A stretch of DNA of 35,565 bases, counting the filler, from Candidatus Eiseniibacteriota bacterium (GTDB lineage Bacteria; Orphanbacterota; Orphanbacteria; Orphanbacterales; Orphanbacteraceae), in assembly GCA_043809585.1 (NCBI GenBank). It is 2 parts of 2 records of this genome, joined end to end, with 100 filler letters (N's around TTAATTAATTAA, not from the genome) between each part and the next. Parts side by side here need not be neighbours in the genome. Positions count along the whole stretch, not along the records: positions 1 to 16,073 come from JBDROZ010000118.1; 1 more part is not named here. The stretch is one strand, 5' to 3'. Numbering within the stretch: the stretch's first letter is position 1; every line of letters starts with the position of its first letter. Shown here piece after piece: positions 1 through 8,550 of this stretch. The position numbers and the translations under genes were made by a program. The notes under the pieces are model-generated. The model worked only from the letters and a program-made list of their open reading frames with translations. It was not told the DNA's origin and searched no databases.

Positions 1-384
1 GGGCACGACGCCCCGGACCATGCGGATCACCGAGAAGAGGAGGTGGTCGACGCCGGTCTCCCACTGGTCGTCGGTGAGGTCGTCGAACCCGCCGGGGGGA
101 GGGCCGCCGGCGTTGGTGACGAGGATGTCCACGCCTCCGAAGCGTTCGTTCGCCGCCGCCAGGGCGCGGTCGATCGACGCGGCGTCGGTCAGGTCCGTCA
201 CGAGAGGGAGCGCCTCCCCCCCCGCTTTCTCGACGGCCTTCGACGCCTCCTCGAGATTGACCTTCGAGCGGGCGCAGAGCGCGACCCGGACGCCCTCGCC
301 GCCGAGGCCGACCGCCACGGCGCGGCCGAGGCCGGTGGACGACGCGGCGACGAGCGCGGATTTCCCCTTCAGGCCCAGATCCAT
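1..384 (-). CDS. SDR family oxidoreductase (3' part outside window)
   Basis: Hand translation of the minus strand from ATG at 384 gives MDLGLKGKSALVAASSTGLGRAVA...DILVTNAGGPPPG, with a Rossmann motif and the NAG motif of classical SDRs. AAGGAG RBS upstream. Not in the ORF track because it is open at the window edge. Confidence 0.9.
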   Translation of the reverse strand, partial: MDLGLKGKSALVAASSTGLGRAVAVGLGGEGVRVALCARSKVNLEEASKAVEKAGGEALPLVTDLTDAASIDRALAAANERFGGVDILVTNAGGPPPGGFDDLTDDQWETGVDHLLFSVIRMVRGVVP

Positions 385-574
385 CGGTCCCTCCTTGGCG
401 CGAAGAACGGCGCGGTTTTCCCCCGATTGTACCGGATGGCCCCTCCGGGCGCCAGGACGGCGCACCCGGACCGTCAAGCCCGCCGAGGGAACGGTCGATA
501 CCTAGGGTGTATGGGTCCCCGGGGCGTGGCAATCCGCCGCCGGGGCAGGGGTTAAACCATCGAAGGAGGAGCCG

Positions 575-973
575 ATGAGCCAGCACAGGATCCTCGTGGT
601 GGACGACGAGCCGGCGATCACCGCTTCGCTCGCGTACTGCCTGGAGCAGGAGGGGTACCGGGTTCTCGTCGCGGAGAACGGCGAGGAAGCGGCCCGCACC
701 GTCATCCGGGAGGTCCCGGACCTGATCATCTCGGACATCACCATGCCCGGTGTGGACGGGTACGAGTTCTGCCGGCGGATCCGGGAGTATTACAAGACCC
801 GGGACATTCCTTTCCTCTTCCTTTCGGCCCAGAGCACGCTCGAGAGCAAGCTGAAGGGGATGAAGCTCGGGGGCGACGACTTCATCACCAAGCCCTTCGA
901 CCTCTCGGAACTGGTGGTCAAGGTGAAGCGGATCCTCGGCCGGAGACAGCCGGTTTCGGGAACGTCCGAGTAG
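575..973 (+). CDS. Single-domain response regulator (receiver domain)
   Basis: ILVVDDE, ISDITMPG (phosphoacceptor Asp), FLSA and TKPF motifs; AAGGAGG RBS; no output domain. Confidence 0.93.
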   Translation: MSQHRILVVDDEPAITASLAYCLEQEGYRVLVAENGEEAARTVIREVPDLIISDITMPGVDGYEFCRRIREYYKTRDIPFLFLSAQSTLESKLKGMKLGGDDFITKPFDLSELVVKVKRILGRRQPVSGTSE

Positions 974-981
974 GAGCGGCC

Positions 982-1443
982 GTGGACGTCGTGGTGCTGG
1001 CCCGGGCCGAGTTGGTCGCCCTCTGGGCGATCGCGTTCCTGCTCCCCCCCCTCGCGCAGCTGATGGCGCACGGCGTGGGGAGGCGGCTCGGCGTGCCTCC
1101 GCCCCGCCCCCTGCCGCGGCTCCTCCTCCTCACCGTCGCCTCGGCGGCGACCCTGCTCTGGCTCACGGGGTCGCGGTTCGCGTCGGTGAACATCGGGGAG
1201 GAAAGCCTCACGGTGCGGTACGCCCTCCCCCTCGCCCGAACGTACACGGTTCCCCTCGACCGGATCGAGACCGTCTCCCTCCGGGAGTCGCGATTCCCCC
1301 GGAGGTCGTACGCCGTCCGGATCGAGTGCGCCGACGGGCGTGAGTTCCGATCCGTCGGCGTCACGCCGAAGCGGCTCGCCCCCCTCTACGAGATCTTCGA
1401 AGCGTTCCATCCGGGAAAAGAGCCGAGAGTGGCGCTGCAGTAG
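982..1443 (+). CDS. Hypothetical membrane protein (2 TM plus small soluble domain)
   Basis: GTG start with AGGAG RBS just after the regulator stop; two hydrophobic segments followed by a beta-rich region. Confidence 0.65.
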   Translation: MDVVVLARAELVALWAIAFLLPPLAQLMAHGVGRRLGVPPPRPLPRLLLLTVASAATLLWLTGSRFASVNIGEESLTVRYALPLARTYTVPLDRIETVSLRESRFPRRSYAVRIECADGREFRSVGVTPKRLAPLYEIFEAFHPGKEPRVALQ

Positions 1444-1551
1444 GGCTCGTTCCAGAGCTACATCTTCCTCGGACTCCTCCTCTGCACCTTGGAATGGTCG
1501 TGCTCGCGGGCGGTATCCGTCCGGAGGGGGACAGGGTCCGCTGAGAAATGC

Positions 1552-1636
1552 GGGGGACACGAAACGAGTTCATGTCCCCCCCTCGTTCCGCCGGAGGCCT
1601 GTCCTGAGTAGGACCGAAGGTCCGTATCGAAGGGCT
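1552..1636. repeat. Intergenic REP-like hairpins
   Basis: GGGGGACA-N13-TGTCCCCC stem at 1552-1580, followed by CCTGTCCTGAGTAGGACCGAAGG...TCGAAGGG, which resembles the CCTGAG..GTCGAAGG class of REP-like repeats. Confidence 0.4.
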
Positions 1637-1810
1637 CGGGCGGAACCAGTCCCCCACGAGCTCCGAAGTGACATTCTCACATCCCCCATCTCACATCCTC
1701 CGACTCGCATCGCCTCCCCCTCTTTTCTCTTGCCTCACGGGCCTTACCCGTTAAGATTGACGGGAATAGCCCTCTCCCCCCTTCCGCGCCCCCGCGCGAA
1801 CGAGGAATCG

Positions 1811-3076
1811 ATGGCCCTTCGAAAAAGAACCCTCTGGATCGGAATCGCCGTCGCCGCCCTGATCGCCCTCTTCGTGGTCATCAATCTGAAACGGGACGGA
1901 TCGAAGAAGACTTCCGTGGAGGTCGAGGCCGTGCGGGCCAGGAACATCGTCTCCGTCGTCTCCGCCTCCGGCTCGATCAGCCCGAAGAGGATGGTCGAGG
2001 TCTCGGCGAGCCAGATGGGGAAGGTGGTCGAGGTGGCGGTCGAGGAGGGGGACGAGGTCGCCGAGGGGGACTTCCTCCTCCAGATCGAGCCGGTTCCCTA
2101 CCGGCAGGCGGCGGAGCGGCTCCGGGCGGCGACGGGATCGGCCCGGGCCGAGCTGGACCTCTCTTCGGCGTCTCGGAAGCAGGCGGAACAGGAGCTCGCC
2201 CGGATCCGGGATCTGCGGGACCAGGACCTCGCGTCCCCCCAGGGCCTCCTCAAGGCGGAGACCGAGTTCGAGGTGGCCCGGGCCAGGCAAGAGGCCGCGA
2301 GGGGGATGCTCCTGCAGCAGGAGGCCCTGCTCCGCAACGCGGAGCACGATCTCGGTCTGACCACGATCCGCGCGCCCATGGGGGGGGTGGTGGTGGAACT
2401 GAACGTGGAAGAGGGCGAGACCGCCATCGTGGGGACCATGAACAACCCGGGCACGGTGCTTCTCACGATCGCCGATCTTTCCGAGCTCGAGGCGGAGGTG
2501 GAGGTGGACGAAACGGACGTGGTCGACCTCCGGCTCGGCATGAAGGCGAAGATCTCCATCGACTCCTACCCGGACACGCTCTTCGCGGGATCGGTCACGG
2601 AGATCGGTAACAGCGCGATCCGGGCACTCCAGTCGAACGAGTCGGTCGATTTCAAGGTGGTCGTCACCCTCGACGACGCGATTCCCGGCGCCAAGCCGGG
2701 CCTCTCGGCGACGGCGGACATCATCGTCGCCGAGCGGGAGAAGGCGCTCTCCGTCCCGATCCAATCTCTCACCGTCCGCCGTGTCGGCGGGGACGAGGAG
2801 AAGGGGAACGAAGAGGACGAGCCCCCGGCCGACGACCCGACGATCCACAAGAGCCGGACCGAGGAGGAAGGGGTCTTCGTCGTGCGGGAGGGGAAGGCGG
2901 TCTTCACATCCGTCGAGACCGGCATCGCCGGGGACCGGTACTTCGAGGTCCTCTCCGGTCTGGCCGACGGGGATTCGGTCGTCTCGGGCGATTTCGCCGC
3001 CATCCGGGACCTGGAGGACGGGGACCCGGTCAAGATCAAGGACGAGAAGAAGAAGAACTCGGACGAGAAGCCGTGA
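1811..3076 (+). CDS. Efflux periplasmic adaptor subunit (MacA/YknX-like membrane fusion protein)
   Basis: Start reassigned to ATG at 1811 (GAGGA RBS). N-terminal TM anchor, lipoyl halves (GKVVEVAVEEGDEV; IRAPMGGVV), helical hairpin, VPIQSL, GLADGD. Confidence 0.92.
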   Translation: MALRKRTLWIGIAVAALIALFVVINLKRDGSKKTSVEVEAVRARNIVSVVSASGSISPKRMVEVSASQMGKVVEVAVEEGDEVAEGDFLLQIEPVPYRQAAERLRAATGSARAELDLSSASRKQAEQELARIRDLRDQDLASPQGLLKAETEFEVARARQEAARGMLLQQEALLRNAEHDLGLTTIRAPMGGVVVELNVEEGETAIVGTMNNPGTVLLTIADLSELEAEVEVDETDVVDLRLGMKAKISIDSYPDTLFAGSVTEIGNSAIRALQSNESVDFKVVVTLDDAIPGAKPGLSATADIIVAEREKALSVPIQSLTVRRVGGDEEKGNEEDEPPADDPTIHKSRTEEEGVFVVREGKAVFTSVETGIAGDRYFEVLSGLADGDSVVSGDFAAIRDLEDGDPVKIKDEKKKNSDEKP

Positions 3077-4299
3077 CCCTCGAGGGAATCCGGATCGCCC
3101 TCTCCGCGCTCCGGGAGAACAAACTCCGCACATTCCTTACCCTTCTCGGAAACATCGTCGGGACCATGGCGGTGATCGCCGTGGTGTCGCTCATCGACGG
3201 CGTCGACACCTACGCGCGGGAGGAGATCGCCGCCGAGGGGTCCAACGTGGTCACCCTCTCCCGGTTCGACTTCTTCGAGCTGATCACCGACTTCGACGCC
3301 TTCCTCGAGGCGATCCGGCGGAACCCGGTCCTCGAGCTGGAAGATCTCGAGTACCTCGAGGAACGGGTGCCGTCGGCGGTCGCCCGGGACGCGTCGGCGG
3401 GGACCGCCGCCACCGTCCGGGTCGGGGACCGGGCGATCAAGAACGCCGGGGTGCAGGGAAGGACCGAGGCCTTCGTCGCCATCGAGAACGTGAGCATCGA
3501 CGCCGGGCGCCCCCTCTCCCCTCTCGAGGTCCGGCGGAGCAAGCCGGTGGCGGTGATCGGGAGCGAGATCGCCGAGAAGCTCTGGCCGAACCAGGACCCG
3601 ATCGGGCGGACCCTGAAGATCGCGGGGCGCCACTTCCGGGTGATCGGCGTCGCCGCGCCCCGGTCCTCCCAGTTCGGCAACAGCCGGAACCGCTTCGTGG
3701 TCGTGCCGATCACCACATTCCAAAAAACTTTCGGAAGCGGCGAGTCGATCGACATCAAGTTCGGCGCCGCCGGGCCGGAGGCCGTGGAGACCCTGCGGGA
3801 GGAGATCCGCCAGGCGATGCGGGTCCGGCACCGGCTGAAGCCGCGGGAGGAGGACGACTTCGCCATCACCACGTCGGACCGGATTCTGTCGCTCTGGGAA
3901 CAGATCTCGAAAGCGATCTTTCGCGCCCTCATCGGTCTCGTGTCGATCTCCCTCGTGGTCGGCGGCGTGGTGCTCATGAACGTCATGCTTGTGGCGGTCA
4001 CCGAGCGGACCCGGGAGATCGGCATCCGGAAGGCCCTCGGCGCGACCCGGGGGAACATCCTCCTGCAATTTCTCGCCGAGTCGGTCACCCTCTCCCTCGT
4101 GGGGGGCGTCACCGGCGTCGTGCTCGGCTTCTCCATCGCCGCCGCGATCTCGGCGTTCACGCCCGTGCCGAGCGCGGTGAAGGCGTGGGCCGTGATCGCG
4201 GGGCTCTCGGTGACCTTCGTGATCGGCGTGCTCTTCGGCACCTACCCCGCGAGCCGCGCGGCCCGGCTCGACCCGGTGGAGGCGCTCCGCCATGAATAG
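3073..4299 (+). CDS. ABC transporter permease (MacB/FtsX-like)
   Basis: NKLRTFLTLLG...; MNVMLVAVTERTREIGIRKALGA; YPASRAARLDPVEALRHE; GTGA overlap with the adaptor gene. Confidence 0.93.
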   Translation: MTLEGIRIALSALRENKLRTFLTLLGNIVGTMAVIAVVSLIDGVDTYAREEIAAEGSNVVTLSRFDFFELITDFDAFLEAIRRNPVLELEDLEYLEERVPSAVARDASAGTAATVRVGDRAIKNAGVQGRTEAFVAIENVSIDAGRPLSPLEVRRSKPVAVIGSEIAEKLWPNQDPIGRTLKIAGRHFRVIGVAAPRSSQFGNSRNRFVVVPITTFQKTFGSGESIDIKFGAAGPEAVETLREEIRQAMRVRHRLKPREEDDFAITTSDRILSLWEQISKAIFRALIGLVSISLVVGGVVLMNVMLVAVTERTREIGIRKALGATRGNILLQFLAESVTLSLVGGVTGVVLGFSIAAAISAFTPVPSAVKAWAVIAGLSVTFVIGVLFGTYPASRAARLDPVEALRHE

Positions 4300-5551
4300 G
4301 AGCAAGGATCCCGCCACCATGGTGCTCCTCCTCGAAAACGTGAGGCAGGCCCTCGGGGTGATCCGCACGCGGCGCCTTCGTTCGGCCCTCCTCATCCTCG
4401 GCGTCGCCATCGGGATCACGGCGATCCTCGCGGTGGTGACGATCCTCCTCGGGCTCGGCAAGCAGATCGAGCGGGACATGGCGGCGGCGGATCGGCCGTG
4501 GCTCATGGTCACGCGGTTCGACATGATGACCGAGGGTCCGGGGGAAGAGGAAGTCCTCCGGAGGCCGCGGCTGGACGAGGGGGCGGCGGAGGCGGTGCGG
4601 GAGAACTGCGACGCCGTTTCCTGGATCGACTACCGCCACGACCCGGACGGGCGGCTCCGCATCCTCCAGCGGGGATCGGAGCATTCCCAGGCCGTGAAGA
4701 TCCTCGGGACCACGCCGGCGTTCACGCAGATTCACGCGCTCTCGATCGAGAACGGCCGTTTCTTCACCCAGTTCGAGGTGGACCGGAGGCGCCCGGTGAT
4801 CGTGCTCGCCTTCGGACCGGCCCGGGACCTCTTTCCCCACGAGGACCCGGTGGGGAAGAAGGTGCGGGTCGGGAATTTCGTTTACGAGGTGGTGGGGACC
4901 TTCGAGGAGAGGCGGCACATCATGGGGCAGCTCGGCGAAGGGTACGCCGTGATCCCCTACACCACGTACGAGCGGGACCTGATGTCCCGGTACGACGAGT
5001 CGTACGTGGCCTGCTCCCCCGCCCCGGGCCGGAGCCTGACCGAGGCGCGGGAGCAGATCGTCTCCGCCGTCCGGTCGTACCGGAAGGTCCCGCCGGGAGA
5101 GCCGAACGACTTCGACGTCACCACCTCCGACGCGTTCCTGGAAATCCTCGGGAAGATCACGGGGGCCATCGCCCTCGTGCTCGTGGCGATCTCTTCGATC
5201 GGTCTTCTCGTCGGGGGGATCGGCGTGATGAACATCATGCTCATTTCCGTCACCGAGCGAACCCGGGAGGTGGGCCTCCGCATGTCCGTCGGGGCGCGGC
5301 GGCGGGACGTCCTCTTCCAGTTTCTCGTCGAGTCGGCGACGCTCACCGGCATCGGCGGTCTCCTCGGCGTCGGGGGCGGCCTCCTCCTCGCGTCGGGCAT
5401 CGCCAAGATGACCGGGTTTCCGCTCCGCATCTCCCTCTTCTGGATCACCGTGGCCGTGGCCTTCTCCGCCGCCATCGGCCTCGTCTTCGGCATCTACCCG
5501 GCGAACCGGGCCGCCCGCATGGACCCGATCGAGGCGCTCCGCCACGAATAA
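4292..5551 (+). CDS. ABC transporter permease (MacB/FtsX-like)
   Basis: RLRSALLILGVAIG; GGIGVMNIMLISVTERTREVGLRMSVGA; YPANRAARMDPIEALRHE. The start may be the second Met (4319). Confidence 0.93.
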   Translation: MNRSKDPATMVLLLENVRQALGVIRTRRLRSALLILGVAIGITAILAVVTILLGLGKQIERDMAAADRPWLMVTRFDMMTEGPGEEEVLRRPRLDEGAAEAVRENCDAVSWIDYRHDPDGRLRILQRGSEHSQAVKILGTTPAFTQIHALSIENGRFFTQFEVDRRRPVIVLAFGPARDLFPHEDPVGKKVRVGNFVYEVVGTFEERRHIMGQLGEGYAVIPYTTYERDLMSRYDESYVACSPAPGRSLTEAREQIVSAVRSYRKVPPGEPNDFDVTTSDAFLEILGKITGAIALVLVAISSIGLLVGGIGVMNIMLISVTERTREVGLRMSVGARRRDVLFQFLVESATLTGIGGLLGVGGGLLLASGIAKMTGFPLRISLFWITVAVAFSAAIGLVFGIYPANRAARMDPIEALRHE

Positions 5552-5594
5552 ATGCCCCCGTCCGGATAACGCCATTACTCCAGCGAGCCGGCTC

Positions 5595-5653
5595 GAATTC
5601 CGGGGACGCCATACTGCATTCGGCCAGAGTTCTGTATACTGTCCCCCGAACTC
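5595..5653. repeat. Hairpin repeat family A, copy 1
   Basis: TTCCGGGGACGCCATACTGCATTC-GGCCA-GAGTTCTGTATACTGTCCCCCGAA: imperfect 24-bp inverted arms with a 5-bp spacer; 50/54 identical to the copy at 6868-6921. Confidence 0.9.
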
Positions 5654-5757
5654 CCGGAGGGCCGCGGTTCTTGAGCGCACACCCTCGCGGCCCATATCTC
5701 GGAGTATGGCCCGCGGCAGTGCGTAAGTGCTGAGGAACACACAAAAGGAGGTTCTCG

Positions 5758-6828
5758 GTGGCGGACACGAGGAAGCCCTTTGTCGCGATCGTCGGGGGGT
5801 TTTGGGACCTGGATCCATCCAAGGTCAACGATGCCAAGAACCTGGCTCGGGAGATCGGAGCCGCCCTTGCCAAGGAGGGCTTTGGCCTTGTCGTCTATTA
5901 CTCCGATGAGCGTTCGCTGGAGCCCCACGTGGTTTCGGGCTACGAAAGTGAGATGCCGCCCGGCACCGGCGTCGGGTCAATTCGGGTGCGATTCGCGGAG
6001 TCTCAGCGGGGCCAGGTGGTATTCACGGAACAGGAAACGCGCCCGGAACTCTTCGAGGTCAGGATCTATGCCAGCCAGGACTGGGAGGCGCCGTTCTACC
6101 GATCCCTGGTCGATGCCGAGGGCGTCGATGGGGTGCTGTTGATGGCGGGCGCACGGTCGACGCTGATTGCCGGCCAGATCGCTTTGGCCCGTCCACTGCC
6201 CGTACTCGCCATCGACTCATTCGCCGGGTCGGCCGGAGTGATCTGGACCGAACTCGCCCGCGTGTCGAAAGACTACCCCTCGTCGAGCACGCATAGCGCG
6301 ACTCAGTTGGTAGCGTGGCTGAAAAGAAAGTGCGTTGCACGAGCGGAGAGGCTGGACGAAGCCAGGCGGATGGAGCAGGACATCATCAAGATGGCCTCCC
6401 AGCGTCCCAAGGTCCTGTGGGCCGGCGCGGCTTTCGTGCTGCTTCTCGTCGCCCTCTTCTTCGGCGTTGCCCAACCGACCAGTCCGGCGCTTTACCCGCT
6501 CGTCATGTTCGGTGGACTGATCGCGTCCGGGGCGACGGGCGCCCTCATCCGGGCCGTCATCTGGGGAGCGGAAGGGACCGCGCCCCTCACATCATGTCTT
6601 CTCGGCGGCGTTGCCGGATTCGTCGTAGGCCTGGCTTATCTCATTCCCCAATGGGTCGGTGCTCCGGGGGTGTTGGATGCCTCGGCGGCGGTCGTCGGGG
6701 CGACAGACAAAATCCGGTTCGCGTCTACAGTGCTGGTCGCCATCTCGGCCGGCGTCGGATTCGATACGGTCTTCTCGCGTTTGAAGAAGCGGGCCGAGGA
6801 CTCTCCCGTCATCGCGTCCTCTTCTTAG
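5758..6828 (+). CDS. SLOG/LOG-like Rossmann nucleotide-binding domain fused to about 4 C-terminal TM helices
   Basis: GTG start with AAGGAGG RBS. FVAIVGG...AREIGAALAKEGFGLV and DGVLLMAGARSTLIAGQIALARPLPVLAIDSFAGSA match the SLOG pattern; four hydrophobic Gly/Ala-rich segments in the last ~140 aa; codon usage is less GC3-skewed than its neighbours. Confidence 0.7.
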   Translation: MADTRKPFVAIVGGFWDLDPSKVNDAKNLAREIGAALAKEGFGLVVYYSDERSLEPHVVSGYESEMPPGTGVGSIRVRFAESQRGQVVFTEQETRPELFEVRIYASQDWEAPFYRSLVDAEGVDGVLLMAGARSTLIAGQIALARPLPVLAIDSFAGSAGVIWTELARVSKDYPSSSTHSATQLVAWLKRKCVARAERLDEARRMEQDIIKMASQRPKVLWAGAAFVLLLVALFFGVAQPTSPALYPLVMFGGLIASGATGALIRAVIWGAEGTAPLTSCLLGGVAGFVVGLAYLIPQWVGAPGVLDASAAVVGATDKIRFASTVLVAISAGVGFDTVFSRLKKRAEDSPVIASSS

Positions 6829-6865
6829 GCGCTTGACGTAAGAGTTGTTGCCTGGGGGTTGACGG

Positions 6866-6964
6866 GGATTCCGGGGACGCCATACCGAATTCGACCCGAG
6901 TTCTGTATACTGTCCCCCGAATTTCCGAGTTCTGTATACTGTCCCCCGAATTTCCCCCGAATTT
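6866..6964. repeat. Hairpin repeat family A, copy 2, with tandem duplication of the right arm
   Basis: Same orientation as copy 1; GAGTTCTGTATACTGTCCCCCGAATTTCC occurs twice (6898-6955) plus a further CCCGAATTT. Confidence 0.9.
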
Positions 6965-7042
6965 TCCTACGTTGTCGACCATGAGGTATCTGCGATCAGG
7001 GCAGAGAGTCCCGCAATGGCGTGCCATCGAAGCTCTGCTTCG

Positions 7043-7132
7043 TCAGCCCCGGGCGGAGAGCATGAGGAAGAGCCCGAGGGCGAGGGAGAGGGAGAGCATC
7101 AGGAAGTAGTAGCGAAAGACCTTCGAGCGCAT
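7043..7132 (-). CDS. Small hydrophobic protein, 29 aa (MRSKVFRYYFLMLSLSLALGLFLMLSARG)
   Basis: AGGAGG RBS 5 nt before the ATG; basic N-terminus plus one TM-length hydrophobic stretch; below the ORF-track cutoff. Confidence 0.55.
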   Translation of the reverse strand: MRSKVFRYYFLMLSLSLALGLFLMLSARG

Positions 7133-7289
7133 GTCGACCTCCTGAGTCAATCATCGGCAGGACGGGCCGGGAGCTTCAGGCGCCCGGCGCCGCCGATTCC
7201 CTCGGACTTGGAGCGAGTGGGGGCCGGGCACGACCCGCGCCTCCGGCTCGGAGGAAGAAGAAGACGGCACTCCGGAGTGAGCCTCCCCC

Positions 7290-7931
7290 CTACCGGAAGA
7301 GCGCCTTCACGCCCCCCCAGGAGGTCGCTTCCGTCGAAGTGGGACCACACGTGCACTGGGGCAGGACGCCGGTGAGCTCCCCCGAACACGACTGAGTCGA
7401 GTACTTGAACATCAGGCACTGGTTCGGGATTCCCACGGCGACCGGAGCCCAATCGGTGTAGAAGAAGAGAGTGCCGCTCCCGCTCGGGCCGGGTTCGCAG
7501 CCGGCGCTTTCCTCGGGCTCCCACTTCACCAGCGGGCCTTCGTCGCCCGGAATGCTCGGGTCCCCATGACATTCGTACCGGGCACTGTAGCGGACGCGGC
7601 AGGTGTCGGGCTCGTCGACGGCCCCCGCAACACCGGAGGAGCCCTGGGAGTACCCCGCCGAGTCGGGGGCGCCGAACGGGAAAGCGTCGCAGGCGCACTC
7701 GCACCCGGCGAAACCGAGAACGAGATTCAGATGGGAGAGACCGTGGTCCACGGGCCCCCAGGTGACGTCGATCGTGTACTTCCACTCACCGAGAGCATCG
7801 CCGGCGTACTCCGCCGTGCAGTTCCCGGAGATGCAGGGCGGGATCACGAGTGATTGGGTCGGCGCGGGCGCCGCCATCAAGATCAACAGCGCGATCGAAC
7901 CGAGAGACCCGACTATCTTGACTCCGTTCAT
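7290..7931 (-). CDS. Cys-rich secreted protein with C-terminal SWGGVKALFR motif
   Basis: Signal peptide MNGVKIVGSLGSIALLILMAAPAPTQS; 12 Cys in the mature part; GGGAGG RBS. Alternative start at 7940. Confidence 0.8.
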   Translation of the reverse strand: MNGVKIVGSLGSIALLILMAAPAPTQSLVIPPCISGNCTAEYAGDALGEWKYTIDVTWGPVDHGLSHLNLVLGFAGCECACDAFPFGAPDSAGYSQGSSGVAGAVDEPDTCRVRYSARYECHGDPSIPGDEGPLVKWEPEESAGCEPGPSGSGTLFFYTDWAPVAVGIPNQCLMFKYSTQSCSGELTGVLPQCTCGPTSTEATSWGGVKALFR

Positions 7932-8073
7932 CGTACACATACCTCCCTTCTCCATGATCGGAACAGGGAGGAGAACGCTTGAGAGGCCCTCCGGGCATAG
8001 GATGCCGGTCCGCTCGTCGGTACCCCGCTCGAGGGGAGCCGCCGGCCGCTCCCGCCGTTGAATCCACGCCCGC

Positions 8074-8371
8074 CAGCCACGGATCCGGATTGGTTTCGTC
8101 GCAAAGTCGTGCGCTCACTAGCCGCGGATCCGGATAGGTTTCTTCGCGAGGGTCCAGATCCGCGATTACGGGGCGCGGGTCCAGCTCGGTTTCGTCGCGA
8201 GGCCGTGCGCTCATTAACCGCGGATCCCGATTGGTTTCGTCGCGAGGCCGTGCGCTCATTAACCGCGGATCCCGATTGGTTTCGTCGCGAGGCCGTGCGC
8301 TCATTAGCCGCGGATCCCGATTGGTTTCGTCGCGAGGCCGTGCGCTCATTAGCCGCGGATCCATCGCGAGG
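8074..8371. repeat. Tandem array of ~45-bp units (6 full or variant units plus 1 truncated)
   Basis: Unit TARCCGCGGATCCCGATTGGTTTCGTCGCGAGGCCGTGCGCTCAT; near-identical at 8215, 8260 and 8305; diverged at 8074, 8119 and 8167; truncated at 8350. Confidence 0.93.
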
Positions 8372-8550
8372 TAAGCGCGGTTCCGGACCGGGTTCGTCGC
8401 GAGGAGTCGCCTCGCGTCCGAGACCCGGCCATGGACGAGTCGATTCCCGGAGGCGTAGCCGAAGCTACGTCGAGGAAATCGACGAAGGAATGGCCGGGAG
8501 ATCGGACGCGAGGCGGCTCCGCAGTAGAAACCGGTCCGGAATCGCGATTA
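8372..8550. repeat. Long palindromic element family B, copy 1 (179 bp; MITE/ERIC-like or structured RNA)
   Basis: Nested stems CGCGGTTCCGGACCGG/CCGGTCCGGAATCGCG, GGAGTCGCCTCGCGTCCGA/TCGGACGCGAGGCGGCTCC, CCCGGCCAT/ATGGCCGGG, CGTAGC/GCTACG; begins and ends with TA. Confidence 0.85.

Noticed and set aside
575-973. Functional link between the lone receiver protein and the DUF4388-pseudoPilT protein
   Set aside because: REC and DUF4388 are often fused elsewhere, but these genes are 11 kb apart with nothing in the sequence tying them.
1444-1485. Possible degenerate third copy of the family-B element (GCTACATCTTCC...GACTCCTCC after a TAG stop)
   Set aside because: The similarity is short and gapped, and the nested stems are absent.
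1340-1810. 157-aa N-terminal extension of the efflux adaptor
   Set aside because: Low-complexity translation of an intergenic hairpin region; the RBS and TM anchor point to ATG 1811.
8074-8371. CRISPR array
   Set aside because: Units are contiguous with no unique spacers (the 12-bp tail is repeated too), and no cas genes are in the window.
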